DNA of 64,000 nt, from NCBI GenBank assembly GCA_963715335.1, contig CAVQRZ010000021.1, forward strand, positions 18,641 through 82,640, written 5' to 3'. Each line of letters begins with the position of its first letter. Position 1 is the first letter of the stretch. A program made the translations under genes and the position numbers. The notes under the pieces were generated by a model. That model was not told the origin of the DNA and made no database searches. It saw only the letters and a program-made list of their open reading frames with translations. The DNA comes from an uncultured delta proteobacterium (GTDB lineage Bacteria; Desulfobacterota; Desulfuromonadia; Desulfuromonadales; BM103). Positions 10,017-18,365 of the stretch are shown here, in pieces.

Positions 10017-10045
10017 ACTATACGCAACGAGGATGGGCTTGTAAA
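10017..10045 (-). promoter_or_regulatory. Sigma70-type promoter of the folD-met-gcv cluster
   Basis: Minus strand TTTACA-17 nt-TATAGT, about 30 bp upstream of the folD start. Confidence 0.55.
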
Positions 10046-10144
10046 GATGTGAAGGGGTCCGTTTAACGGAAAAAACCTGTTCCCATGACCTTCTTTGATT
10101 TCGGTCCCGGTTTGCGCTTCACGACACAAGCCGTACCTCGCACT

Positions 10145-11203
10145 CTATTCTCTCTCCCTGCGCTTCTGTGTCTGGACCCGCTTGTACATCTTGCCGAAGT
10201 TTTTGTCCCTGCGGCGCTTCTCGACCAGCGTCTCCTCGGTCCGTTCCCGCTCGGCACACAACTTGAGATAGTTTTCCAGTCGTCGTGGATCAAGCTCACC
10301 ACGTTCGGCAGCTTGCGCCACTGCGCAGCCCTTCTCTCCCTGGTGACGGCAGTCACTGAAGCGACAGTCACGGGCCGCTGTTTCGATCTCTTCGAAGAGT
10401 GTGGCGACACCTTCTTCGCAGTCGCTCAGCTGCAATTCGCGCAGACCGGGACTGTCCAGGAGCAACCCGCCACCGGGCAGCAGGTGCAGAGAGCGTCCGG
10501 TGGTCGTGTGGCGGCCTTTGCCATCGCCATCACGCACCGCGCCTATCTCCTGCACAGCCCTGGCACTCAGAGTATTGACCAGTGTCGACTTGCCGACCCC
10601 GCTTGAGCCAACCAGGGCCACGGTCCGACCTGCCTTGCACCAGGGGTCGAGCCTATTCGCGACGGCAGCATCCTTGGCATTGACTGCAATAACCGCCAGG
10701 TCGACATGGAGAGTCCGGGCCTGGACCGCAAAGTCATCGACACTGTCAACCAGGTCCGCCTTGGTCAGCACGACCACCGGCTCGACCCGTGCGTCCAGGG
10801 CCAGGGCAAGGTAGCGTTCGAGACGGGAGAGGTTGAATTCCTGGTTACAGGAAGTGACGATAAACAGGGTGTCAACATTGGCCGCCATCAACTGCACCCG
10901 GGCATCGCGTCCGGAGGCCATACGCTTGAAAAGGCTGGTGCGCTCCAGGACACGGATGGGCTGTCCCTCGTCATCAACCAGCACCCAGTCACCAACGGTG
11001 GGAAGACTTTCAACCGGATAATTCAGCCAGGCGACCGGAAGCTTAAACTGCCTGCGACCAGATTCGCCGACCACCTCAACCAGGTGCCGGTTCAAAGCGA
11101 ACACCCGTACGGGCAGGGTCGCGTCCCACTCCTCAAGGCTTAGCTGTTGCTGGAAAGAATGGTTCCAGCCAAGCTCCGGCAGGGAGAAATGTTCTTCAGA
11201 CAT
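10145..11203 (-). CDS. rsgA: Ribosome small subunit-dependent GTPase A
   Basis: PTVGDWV, LTKADL, GSSGVGKSTLVN, GRHTTT, DSPG and the CRFSDCRH...GC zinc site. Start uncertain (11203 or 11221). Confidence 0.9.
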   Translation of the reverse strand: MSEEHFSLPELGWNHSFQQQLSLEEWDATLPVRVFALNRHLVEVVGESGRRQFKLPVAWLNYPVESLPTVGDWVLVDDEGQPIRVLERTSLFKRMASGRDARVQLMAANVDTLFIVTSCNQEFNLSRLERYLALALDARVEPVVVLTKADLVDSVDDFAVQARTLHVDLAVIAVNAKDAAVANRLDPWCKAGRTVALVGSSGVGKSTLVNTLSARAVQEIGAVRDGDGKGRHTTTGRSLHLLPGGGLLLDSPGLRELQLSDCEEGVATLFEEIETAARDCRFSDCRHQGEKGCAVAQAAERGELDPRRLENYLKLCAERERTEETLVEKRRRDKNFGKMYKRVQTQKRRERE

Positions 11204-11344
11204 TAACTTGGCCCTGATCAATCAAGATGGCTCCTCGGGTTGTCGGCAATGCGTGATTCTATCCCAGGCGGAAGGTCACAGGCAAGCACCGGAACTTCAG
11301 AATCAAAAGACTGTCAAAAGCGTCGCGCAGAAGCGCGGACGCAT

Positions 11345-11438
11345 AAAAAATGCCCCGATTCCTGGAGGGGAAGGTCGGGGCGAAGAACTCTGTGCATCCA
11401 AGTTGGATGTGCAACAGAGTGTCATGTATCTTTTTGTG
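11345..11438 (-). ncRNA. Candidate small RNA or attenuator leader (promoter, long hairpin, intrinsic terminator)
   Basis: Minus-strand TTGACT-17-TATGTT at 11472-11444, a long hairpin at 11387-11420, then a GCCCCGA...TCGGGGC stem followed by T6. Confidence 0.45.
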
Positions 11439-11669
11439 CGATGAACATAACCGATAAGTCATTCGGAGTCAACAGATAAGAAAGACAGCAACGGAACCGT
11501 GAAGCCGCCTGGCAGGGGCGATGGGCCACGCAGTAGTAAACGGCGGGGAACCGAATCCGCCCAGGTAGTTAAACGCCTTGTTTCGGCAACCAGACCTTCA
11601 CACGGAGCCCATCGCCTAAACTGCTGTCTATGAGTGATCGATCCGCTCTCTGCACAGCCAGCAGAAGCA

Positions 11670-12737
11670 TCAAACGCTCCTCGGCCGAGCCTCTTTGGCG
11701 AAATATCGTTTCTGCAGCCAGAAGGCAACATTCACCAGGGCGATCAGGGCAGGCACCTCGACCAGGGGACCGATCACCGCCGTGAATGCGACACCTGATT
11801 CAATCCCGAACACGGCGATCGCAACAGCAATCGCCAGTTCGAAGTTATTGCCTGCAGCGGTAAAGGCGACGGTCGCTGTCTTGCTGTAATCGGCGCCGGC
11901 CTTGACCCCCATCATGAAACTGACCAGGAACATGATAATGAAGTAAATCAGGAGAGGGATAGCAATCCGCACCACATCCATCGGGATGGTCACGATCAGT
12001 TCACCCTTGAGGCTGAACATCACGACGATTGTAAACAACAGGGCGACCAGGGTAATCGGACTGATCTTGGGAATGAAGATCTCGTCATACCACTTCCTGC
12101 CTTTAAGCGGGATCAGGATGTAACGAGTTGCGATGCCGGCTATGAACGGGATGCCAAGATAGATAAAGACACTCTCTGCAATCTGGCCGATGGTCACTTC
12201 GACAACCGCACCTTCCAGACCAAGCAGCGGCGGCAGCACCGTAATGAAAAGCCAGGCGTAGACGCTATAGAAGAGTACCTGAAAAATGCTGTTGAAGGCC
12301 ACCAGGCCGGCGCAATACTCGGTGTTTCCATCGGCCAGTTCATTCCAGACGATGACCATCGCGATACAGCGCGCCAGGCCGATCATGATCAGGCCGACCA
12401 TGTACTCCGGGTAACCGGATAAAAAAGTGACCGCCAGCACAAACATGAGGACCGGGCCGATGACCCAATTCTGCAAAAGCGACAGCCCGAGGATTTTGCG
12501 GTTGCGAAACACCTCGCCGAGCTCTTCGTATTTCACCTTGGCCAACGGCGGGTACATCATCAGGATCAGGCCGATAGCGATCGGCAGATTGGTTGTGCCG
12601 ATGCTAAAGGCATTGACCACGCCCCTGACACCAGGCACCAGCCAGCCTCCGACCACACCGATAAACATCGCCAGGAAAATCCACAGGGTAAGATAGCGGT
12701 CGAGAAAGGACAGCTTTTTTGTCAGGCCGTGTTCCAT
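11670..12737 (-). CDS. acr3: ACR3-family arsenite efflux transporter
   Basis: [37 protein letters not shown] and IGPLVEVP. Confidence 0.95.
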   Translation of the reverse strand: MEHGLTKKLSFLDRYLTLWIFLAMFIGVVGGWLVPGVRGVVNAFSIGTTNLPIAIGLILMMYPPLAKVKYEELGEVFRNRKILGLSLLQNWVIGPVLMFVLAVTFLSGYPEYMVGLIMIGLARCIAMVIVWNELADGNTEYCAGLVAFNSIFQVLFYSVYAWLFITVLPPLLGLEGAVVEVTIGQIAESVFIYLGIPFIAGIATRYILIPLKGRKWYDEIFIPKISPITLVALLFTIVVMFSLKGELIVTIPMDVVRIAIPLLIYFIIMFLVSFMMGVKAGADYSKTATVAFTAAGNNFELAIAVAIAVFGIESGVAFTAVIGPLVEVPALIALVNVAFWLQKRYFAKEARPRSV

Positions 12738-12738
12738 C

Positions 12739-13176
12739 TTATTTGCCTTTCAGCTCGTCGTTGAAAAAATGGTTCAGCTGTTCGCGGATCTCGTCACGGA
12801 CCCTCCGGTAAACCGCCAGGACCTGCTGATCGCTGCCGGTTGCCCGTGGCGGGTCATCAAACGGCATGTGCAGGCGTCTTACCCCGCCGAAAAAGGCCGG
12901 GCACTTTTCGTCGGCGTCACCGCATAACGTGATCACGTAATCGAAGGTTAGACTCCCGTAGCGGCTCAGATGATCCGAAGTGTTGTGTGAAATGTCCATC
13001 CCGATCTCATGCATGACCTGGACAGCACGGGGATTGAGCCCGTGCGGTTCGGTTCCGGCAGAGACTGCGGTTTCTTTGATCTTTCCCGAAAAGTCGTGAT
13101 TGACAATCCCGTCGGCCATCTGGCTACGACAGGAGTTGCCGGTACAGAGAAAAAGGACTCGCAAGGGTTCAGCCAT
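12739..13176 (-). CDS. arsC: Arsenate reductase, thioredoxin-dependent (LMW-PTP fold)
   Basis: [26 protein letters not shown] and FDDP. Confidence 0.93.
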   Translation of the reverse strand: MAEPLRVLFLCTGNSCRSQMADGIVNHDFSGKIKETAVSAGTEPHGLNPRAVQVMHEIGMDISHNTSDHLSRYGSLTFDYVITLCGDADEKCPAFFGGVRRLHMPFDDPPRATGSDQQVLAVYRRVRDEIREQLNHFFNDELKGK

Positions 13177-13190
13177 TCTCAATTCACCTC

Positions 13191-13206
13191 ATCCGTCTAT
13201 ACGGAT
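13191..13206. promoter_or_regulatory. Palindromic putative ArsR operator upstream of arsC
   Basis: ATCCGT-CTAT-ACGGAT, matching the palindrome at 13582-13597. Confidence 0.55.
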
Positions 13207-13225
13207 ATTTGTCGAGCAAAAAAAA

Positions 13226-13570
13226 TCAGGCCCCCTTTTGCAGGGAATCCCTACGGAACACCTCGAGCTTGCGAAAGGCCTGTATAATCTCCGGAGAATC
13301 AACCAGAGAGTTTTTGAGTGTAGCGGTCAGAGGCTTGCGCAATCGGTCGTCAGCAGCGTCGAGCTGGTAATACATCCAAACCCCCTGCCTGCGATCACGG
13401 ACCCAGCCGGTTCTTTTCAGATAGGCCAGGTGACGTGAGATGGTTGACTGGGGCAGTTCGAGTGCAGCAATAATTTCGCATACACACAGCTCGCCATCGA
13501 GCAAGAGTAGCAGGATACGCAGCCTGGTTTCATCGGCCAGGGCCTTGAATATTGCGGCTTCGTTCTTCAT
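13226..13570 (-). CDS. arsR: ArsR/SmtB-family arsenic-responsive repressor
   Basis: FKALADETRLRIL, the ELCVCEI metal site and QSTISRHL; upstream of arsC-acr3. Confidence 0.92.
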   Translation of the reverse strand: MKNEAAIFKALADETRLRILLLLLDGELCVCEIIAALELPQSTISRHLAYLKRTGWVRDRRQGVWMYYQLDAADDRLRKPLTATLKNSLVDSPEIIQAFRKLEVFRRDSLQKGA

Positions 13571-13581
13571 TTTCCCAACAT

Positions 13582-13605
13582 ATCCGCCTAAGCGGATTAA
13601 GTCAA
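13582..13605 (-). promoter_or_regulatory. arsR promoter with overlapping palindromic operator
   Basis: ATCCGC-CTAA-GCGGAT lies between a minus-strand TTGACT -35 box and a TATGTT -10 box. Confidence 0.6.
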
Positions 13606-13720
13606 CAGCAAGACCGCAATTTTCTTCGCCGAACACCGATTACTGCGACAGAGATGCGTTGAACTCATCAAAGAGGAAGACTTCAGAAGGACTGCATTTG
13701 AGGTAAGGGGAGTGGCCGAC

Positions 13721-13933
13721 TTATGCAAAAAGCGGGGTTTCAGATGTAGCAAGTCTGCGCTCGGGTCCGCCATAAGTACTGCGTTGTGATGAGCGAACTT
13801 CGTCGATGCCCAGGACGACCGGCCCGTTTTGCCTGTAGAAGCTTATAATCTCCTCCGACTCAATCAGGCGATCAAGGGTTTGTGGGTTGACATAATCGTA
13901 GTAGCCAGCGTTGTGCAGTACGCGTATAAGCAT
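13721..13933 (-). CDS. Small conserved protein (GSU3473-like family)
   Basis: The pattern MLIRV...YDYV...LDRLI...II.F.R...V.LG.D.VR...YGGPERR is typical of this Desulfuromonadales family. Preceded by a GGAGGA RBS. Confidence 0.75.
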   Translation of the reverse strand: MLIRVLHNAGYYDYVNPQTLDRLIESEEIISFYRQNGPVVLGIDEVRSSQRSTYGGPERRLATSETPLFA

Positions 13934-14066
13934 CTTTATCCTCCCACAGCCGGGGTCAGCAAAACACTCTCATCGCGATAAACCGCTTGCTATTCAAGTC
14001 TGGAATACAAATGAACCCGTTCAATATAACCAAATAGGCAGGGGGATACAACTAAAGATAGAGGAA

Positions 14067-14096
14067 AGGCCGCCTGGAGTTCAAACCAGGCGGCCT
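14067..14096 (-). terminator. Terminator hairpin after the FmdB-family gene
   Basis: AGGCCGCCTGG-AGTTCAAA-CCAGGCGGCCT. Confidence 0.55.
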
Positions 14097-14123
14097 CGAG
14101 TCAATTTACGGGGGAAAAGGGTT

Positions 14124-14372
14124 CTATTCGTTGGCCGCTTTCGGACAACCGGCACAACCACCGCCGGCATCTGCCGAAGGACAGGCCGCTGGCTTCTGAC
14201 CGTAACCATGGTCGTACCAACCGTCACCTTTAAGGGCAAACCCGGTCTGCGAAATCAGCTTGGCCACCTGGCCACCGCATTCCCCGCATTCGGTCAACGG
14301 AGCGTCTGAAAATTTCTGCCGGGCCTCGAAAACCAGCCCGCAATCCTTGCATTGATATTCGTACATCGGCAT
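14124..14372 (-). CDS. FmdB-family zinc-ribbon regulatory protein
   Basis: MPMYEYQCKDCG...CGECGG...GFALKGDGWY. Confidence 0.9.
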   Translation of the reverse strand: MPMYEYQCKDCGLVFEARQKFSDAPLTECGECGGQVAKLISQTGFALKGDGWYDHGYGQKPAACPSADAGGGCAGCPKAANE

Positions 14373-14454
14373 GGCAAATCACCTTTTCTATGAGTCAGCA
14401 GAAAGCTGGAGAATAAAAAATCCGCCGGTAATCTAATAACTCTGCAGTGAGAAG

Positions 14455-14760
14455 TCAACCCCCCAGTAAATCCCTGAGCAGAGCGTCGATTTGTTGTCGA
14501 TCGGCACCTTCCAGCAACAGGCGCTTGTGCCGTGACGTCTCACCGGCAACCAGCAGGACCCGACTCCTGGGAATGTCGCAGAGTTTGGCGATAAAAATCC
14601 GACAGGCCTTGTTCGCGGCCCCGTCCACCGGTGGGGCGGTCAGGGCAATCTTGAGTTCCTCACCCTGAAGACCGGCGATTCTACTGCGGCTGGCGCGGGG
14701 CTGGATATAAAGGGAGAGTTCGACGCCTGATTCAGTGTTCCGCAGGCACGGCAGGATCAC
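14455..14760 (-). CDS. DUF167 (YggU-like) protein
   Basis: YIQPRASR, LTAPPVDGAANKA and GETSRHK. Confidence 0.88.
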   Translation of the reverse strand: MILPCLRNTESGVELSLYIQPRASRSRIAGLQGEELKIALTAPPVDGAANKACRIFIAKLCDIPRSRVLLVAGETSRHKRLLLEGADRQQIDALLRDLLGG

Positions 14761-15458
14761 TTGGGAAGGTTCTCCTCGTTGCCGTCATCTCCATTGTCGA
14801 AATCCAGGGCGAGTTCCTGAGACGGCGCGTCGCACCAGGCCTCACCGTTCTCCGGCTCCTGCGGCTCGCCAAACGCCGCATCTGCGTCCGGTTGTTCAGT
14901 TGAACCGGCCTTTTCAGGCCGCGATTTCCGTACTTCAGTCCCCGACCCGTGGTGCTTGATAAAAGGTAACGGCTCTTCGAGCAGCCTGGTGCCGGTATCG
15001 TGCTGTTCAATAGCCACTGCGTTCATATCGAGCATCCTGATATGTTTTTCCAGAAGCCCCCGCAAGCTGACTTCGAAATCAATCTTCTGTCGCTTGATTT
15101 CCTGAATCTCGTTGATCAACTCCACGCGCCGCTCTTCGGCGTTGTACATCAGACGCTCAGCCTTGACTTCGGCCTCGGCCAGCATGACATCAACTTCACG
15201 GCGGGCTGTCGACTTTAACCCATCGGCGATTTTCTGGGCGGTCACCAGAGTCCTTTTGAGGGTTTCCTCGCGGTCGCGCATCTCCGCCAGGCTTGCTTTA
15301 ACTCGCGCCAGTTCCTCCATCAAGTCGAGGTTTTCGCGAACCAACCGCTCCAGTTCCCCGGCCAGGAGTTCAAGGAACCGGTCGACACCGGCTTTTTCGT
15401 AGCCGAAAGGGCGCGATTTGAATTGTTGCTGCTGGATATCGATCGGACTGATTTTCAT
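14757..15458 (-). CDS. divIVA: DivIVA-domain protein
   Basis: MKISPIDIQQQQF...FGYEKAGVDRFL, then a coiled coil and an acidic tail. Confidence 0.85.
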   Translation of the reverse strand: MKISPIDIQQQQFKSRPFGYEKAGVDRFLELLAGELERLVRENLDLMEELARVKASLAEMRDREETLKRTLVTAQKIADGLKSTARREVDVMLAEAEVKAERLMYNAEERRVELINEIQEIKRQKIDFEVSLRGLLEKHIRMLDMNAVAIEQHDTGTRLLEEPLPFIKHHGSGTEVRKSRPEKAGSTEQPDADAAFGEPQEPENGEAWCDAPSQELALDFDNGDDGNEENLPK

Positions 15459-15467
15459 GATAACCGC

Positions 15468-15758
15468 CTAGAAACCGCCATAGGTCAATTTGTACTGGAT
15501 TTGGGCGAGAATGTTCTGTAGCACGCCGATGATAATCAGTAAGGCAATCGGAGTAAAATCCATACCGCCAAACTGCAGGGGTAGCATGCGCCGCATACGG
15601 CTAAAGACGGGCTCAGTTGCGTTGTACAGGAAGCGAACAATCGGGTTGTACGGGTCCGGATTGACCCAGGAGATCACCGCTCTGCCTATGACAATCCAGA
15701 AATAGATCGAAAGAATGGCATGCAAAACCTGAAAGACGGCACTGACCAATATGTCCAT
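15468..15758 (-). CDS. yggT: YggT-family membrane protein
   Basis: ISWVNPDPYNPIVRFLYNATEP...MDFTPI. ATG follows an AGGAG RBS. Confidence 0.9.
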   Translation of the reverse strand: MDILVSAVFQVLHAILSIYFWIVIGRAVISWVNPDPYNPIVRFLYNATEPVFSRMRRMLPLQFGGMDFTPIALLIIIGVLQNILAQIQYKLTYGGF

Positions 15759-15944
15759 GAATACTCCTAACCGGGGCACCGCTCAAGTCCCGGCTCAAAT
15801 AAAGTCTTAATAATACTGATTTATAGCGTGTTAACAGGAAATGTGTCAATCACATGATGGTGCTAAATCCTTTAATCTTATTGATTTTTTTCCGTTTTGT
15901 AGGACATAATGCCTTATTTTTGCCCCAACTCTCAGGAGAAACCC

Positions 15945-17009
15945 ATGGTTCGGACCAACAATCTCAATGTCAGCGGCTTGACCCCGCTTATTGCTCCCGC
16001 AGACCTCAAACAGGTCCTGCCCCTTTCCGAAGAGGATGCCGAATTCGTCGCCAAGTCCCGCGCGCAGGTCCAAGACATCCTCTGGAACCGTGACCCGCGC
16101 ATCATGGTGGTGATCGGGCCCTGTTCCATTCATGATCCGAAGGCTGCAGTTGAATATGCCGAGAGGTTGGCAAAACTCAACAAGGAGCTGCAAGACCAAT
16201 TGCTGCTGGTCATGCGCGTCTATTTCGAAAAGCCCCGCACCACGATCGGCTGGAAGGGCCTGATCAACGATCCGGACCTCAACGGTACGCACCTGATCTC
16301 CAAGGGGCTCGGGATTGCCCGCCGCCTGATGCTCAACATTACCGCCATGGGTCTGCCGGTCGCAACAGAGATGCTCGACCCGATCACGCCACAGTACTTG
16401 GCCGACACGATCAGCTGGGGGGCAATCGGCGCACGCACCACTGAAAGCCAGACCCACCGTGAGATGTCGAGCGGACTTTCCTTCCCGGTCGGCTTCAAGA
16501 ATGGCACCGACGGCAACCTGCAGATCGCCATCGACGCCATGGGCGCCGCCTGCCACCCGCACAGCTTTCTCGGCATCAACCGCGAGGGACGGACATCGAT
16601 CGTCCGCACTACCGGCAACCCGGATGTTCACATCGTCCTGCGCGGCGGCAACGACAAACCGAATTACGAAGCGGCCGACATTGCCCAGGCCCAGAAGAAA
16701 CTCGACGATGCCGGCATCAAAACCACCCTGATGGTGGACTGCAGCCACGCCAACTCACTCAAGGACCACAACCGCCAGGAAGCCGTCATGCAGGATGTGA
16801 TGGCACAGATCGCAGCCGGCAACGCCAACATCGGCTCATTGATGATCGAAAGCTTTCTCAAGGAAGGCAACCAGAAAATGGCTGTCAAGCTGGAAGACCT
16901 GGAATACGGCGTCTCGATCACCGACAAGTGCGTCAACTGGGAGACCACTGAACGCATGCTGCGCTATGCCCATGCCACACTCAAGGCGTGTGGCGGACGC
17001 AAGATTTAA
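15945..17009 (+). CDS. aroG: DAHP synthase, type I-alpha (AroF/G/H-like)
   Basis: IGPCSIHD, RVYFEKPRTTIGWKGLINDP, AIGARTTESQTHRE, VDCSHANS and YGVSITDKC. Confidence 0.9.
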   Translation: MVRTNNLNVSGLTPLIAPADLKQVLPLSEEDAEFVAKSRAQVQDILWNRDPRIMVVIGPCSIHDPKAAVEYAERLAKLNKELQDQLLLVMRVYFEKPRTTIGWKGLINDPDLNGTHLISKGLGIARRLMLNITAMGLPVATEMLDPITPQYLADTISWGAIGARTTESQTHREMSSGLSFPVGFKNGTDGNLQIAIDAMGAACHPHSFLGINREGRTSIVRTTGNPDVHIVLRGGNDKPNYEAADIAQAQKKLDDAGIKTTLMVDCSHANSLKDHNRQEAVMQDVMAQIAAGNANIGSLMIESFLKEGNQKMAVKLEDLEYGVSITDKCVNWETTERMLRYAHATLKACGGRKI

Positions 17010-17017
17010 GGACCTCG

Positions 17018-18223
17018 ATGAACGACTCCTGCTGTCCTCCCCCGGAGAACAACACCAACTGCCGCCCGCCCGCAAAAGCTGAACCGGCAGCTTGTTGCCC
17101 GCCAGCCGCCACGCCCGTCGGCACGTGTTGCCCACCGGACAATAAGGCTTTGAGCTGCTGCCCGGCCATTGCTGACGACCGCCCCGGCTACAAGCTCTGG
17201 CCTTTCGTCTGTGGCTGGCTCAACACCCCGGCCGGCCAGGTCCCGCAAATCACAACCAGGCTGACAAGAACCGATATTTCCGGTCGCTGGCAGATGCGCT
17301 GGGGACTCGGCCGCAACCGCTACAGCATCGCCCCGGGGCTCTATGCCATCGGCTCACCAACTGCCGACAGCCAGGTCCTGGTCACGGCCAACTACAAGAT
17401 GACTTTCGACATCGTGCGCCGCGACATGCACGGCCACAACCTCTGGCTGCTGGTCCTGGATACCAAAGGGATCAATGTCTGGTGCGCCGCCGGCAAAGGG
17501 ACCTTCGGCACGGACGAAATGATTCGCCGGGTGCAAATCACCGGCCTGGATCAGGTCGTCAATCATCGGACCCTGATCGTGCCCCAACTCGGCGCTCCCG
17601 GCGTCGCATCCCACGAGGTTAGCAAGGCGAGTGGCTTCAAGGTCGTCTTCGGTCCGGTGTTCAGCAAGGACTTGCCGCTGTTCCTGCGCGACGGCTGCCA
17701 TGCCGCCCCGGATATGCGTCGTGTCACTTTTGGCGTTATCGACCGGTTGGTGCTGACCCCCGTCGAGCTGGTCAACCTACGCAAACAGACCTTGTGGAGT
17801 ATCCTGGCCCTCTTCATTCTTGGTGGCATTGGCCCGCAGATCTTTTCACCCTTGGCAGCCTGGAGCCGTGGCGGTGCTGCTATCTGCTCGGGCCTGCTCG
17901 GGATCTTCACCGGTGCCGTGCTGGTTCCGTTGCTCCTGCCATGGCTGCCCGGGCGGGCCTTCGCCATGAAAGGTGCGATAGCAGGACTTGTTGCGGGACT
18001 CGCGGGCATTGTCGTCCTGCATGCCTCGCTTGACTGGCTGAACTCCATGGCCCTGCTGATCGCGGTCACCACGGTTTCTTCCTGGTGTGCCATGCACTTC
18101 ACCGGCTCATCGACCTTCACCTCCCCTTCCGGTGTTGAAAAAGAAATGCGACAGGCCATCCCTGCCCAGGCTGCCGCCCTGCTGGTCGGCGGTGCGTGCT
18201 GGCTGGCCGCCGCGTTCCAATAA
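17018..18223 (+). CDS. hgcA: Mercury methylation corrinoid protein HgcA with a Cys-rich N-terminal extension
   Basis: PGLYAIG, VLVTANYKMTFD and the cap-helix motif GINVWCAAGKGTF; C-terminal multi-TM domain with FTGSSTFTSPSGVEKEM. Confidence 0.9.
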   Translation: MNDSCCPPPENNTNCRPPAKAEPAACCPPAATPVGTCCPPDNKALSCCPAIADDRPGYKLWPFVCGWLNTPAGQVPQITTRLTRTDISGRWQMRWGLGRNRYSIAPGLYAIGSPTADSQVLVTANYKMTFDIVRRDMHGHNLWLLVLDTKGINVWCAAGKGTFGTDEMIRRVQITGLDQVVNHRTLIVPQLGAPGVASHEVSKASGFKVVFGPVFSKDLPLFLRDGCHAAPDMRRVTFGVIDRLVLTPVELVNLRKQTLWSILALFILGGIGPQIFSPLAAWSRGGAAICSGLLGIFTGAVLVPLLLPWLPGRAFAMKGAIAGLVAGLAGIVVLHASLDWLNSMALLIAVTTVSSWCAMHFTGSSTFTSPSGVEKEMRQAIPAQAAALLVGGACWLAAAFQ

Positions 18224-18276
18224 CACCCGTGACTTAAGGTTTATTAGACATAATTCAAAATCACCCGCCGCGCTTC

Positions 18277-18305
18277 TTGACCAGCCGTCATTGCATCATT
18301 ATATT
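18277..18305 (+). promoter_or_regulatory. Sigma70-type promoter of the DnaJ-class gene
   Basis: TTGACC-17 nt-TATATT. Confidence 0.5.
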
Positions 18306-18365
18306 GAGCCTGCCTGATACCCGTCACGTGAAACGGGCCAGCAACTCCATTTGCAAGGAAACCTC

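Noticed and set aside
9987..10144. Glycine or THF riboswitch ahead of folD/gcv
   Set aside because: The predicted leader is only about 25 nt and no aptamer motifs were recognised here or upstream of gcvT.
16988..17185. Selenocysteine (TGA) recoding in the HgcA N-terminus
   Set aside because: All vicinal pairs are TGY-TGY. There is no in-frame TGA between the RBS-supported ATG and the conserved domain.
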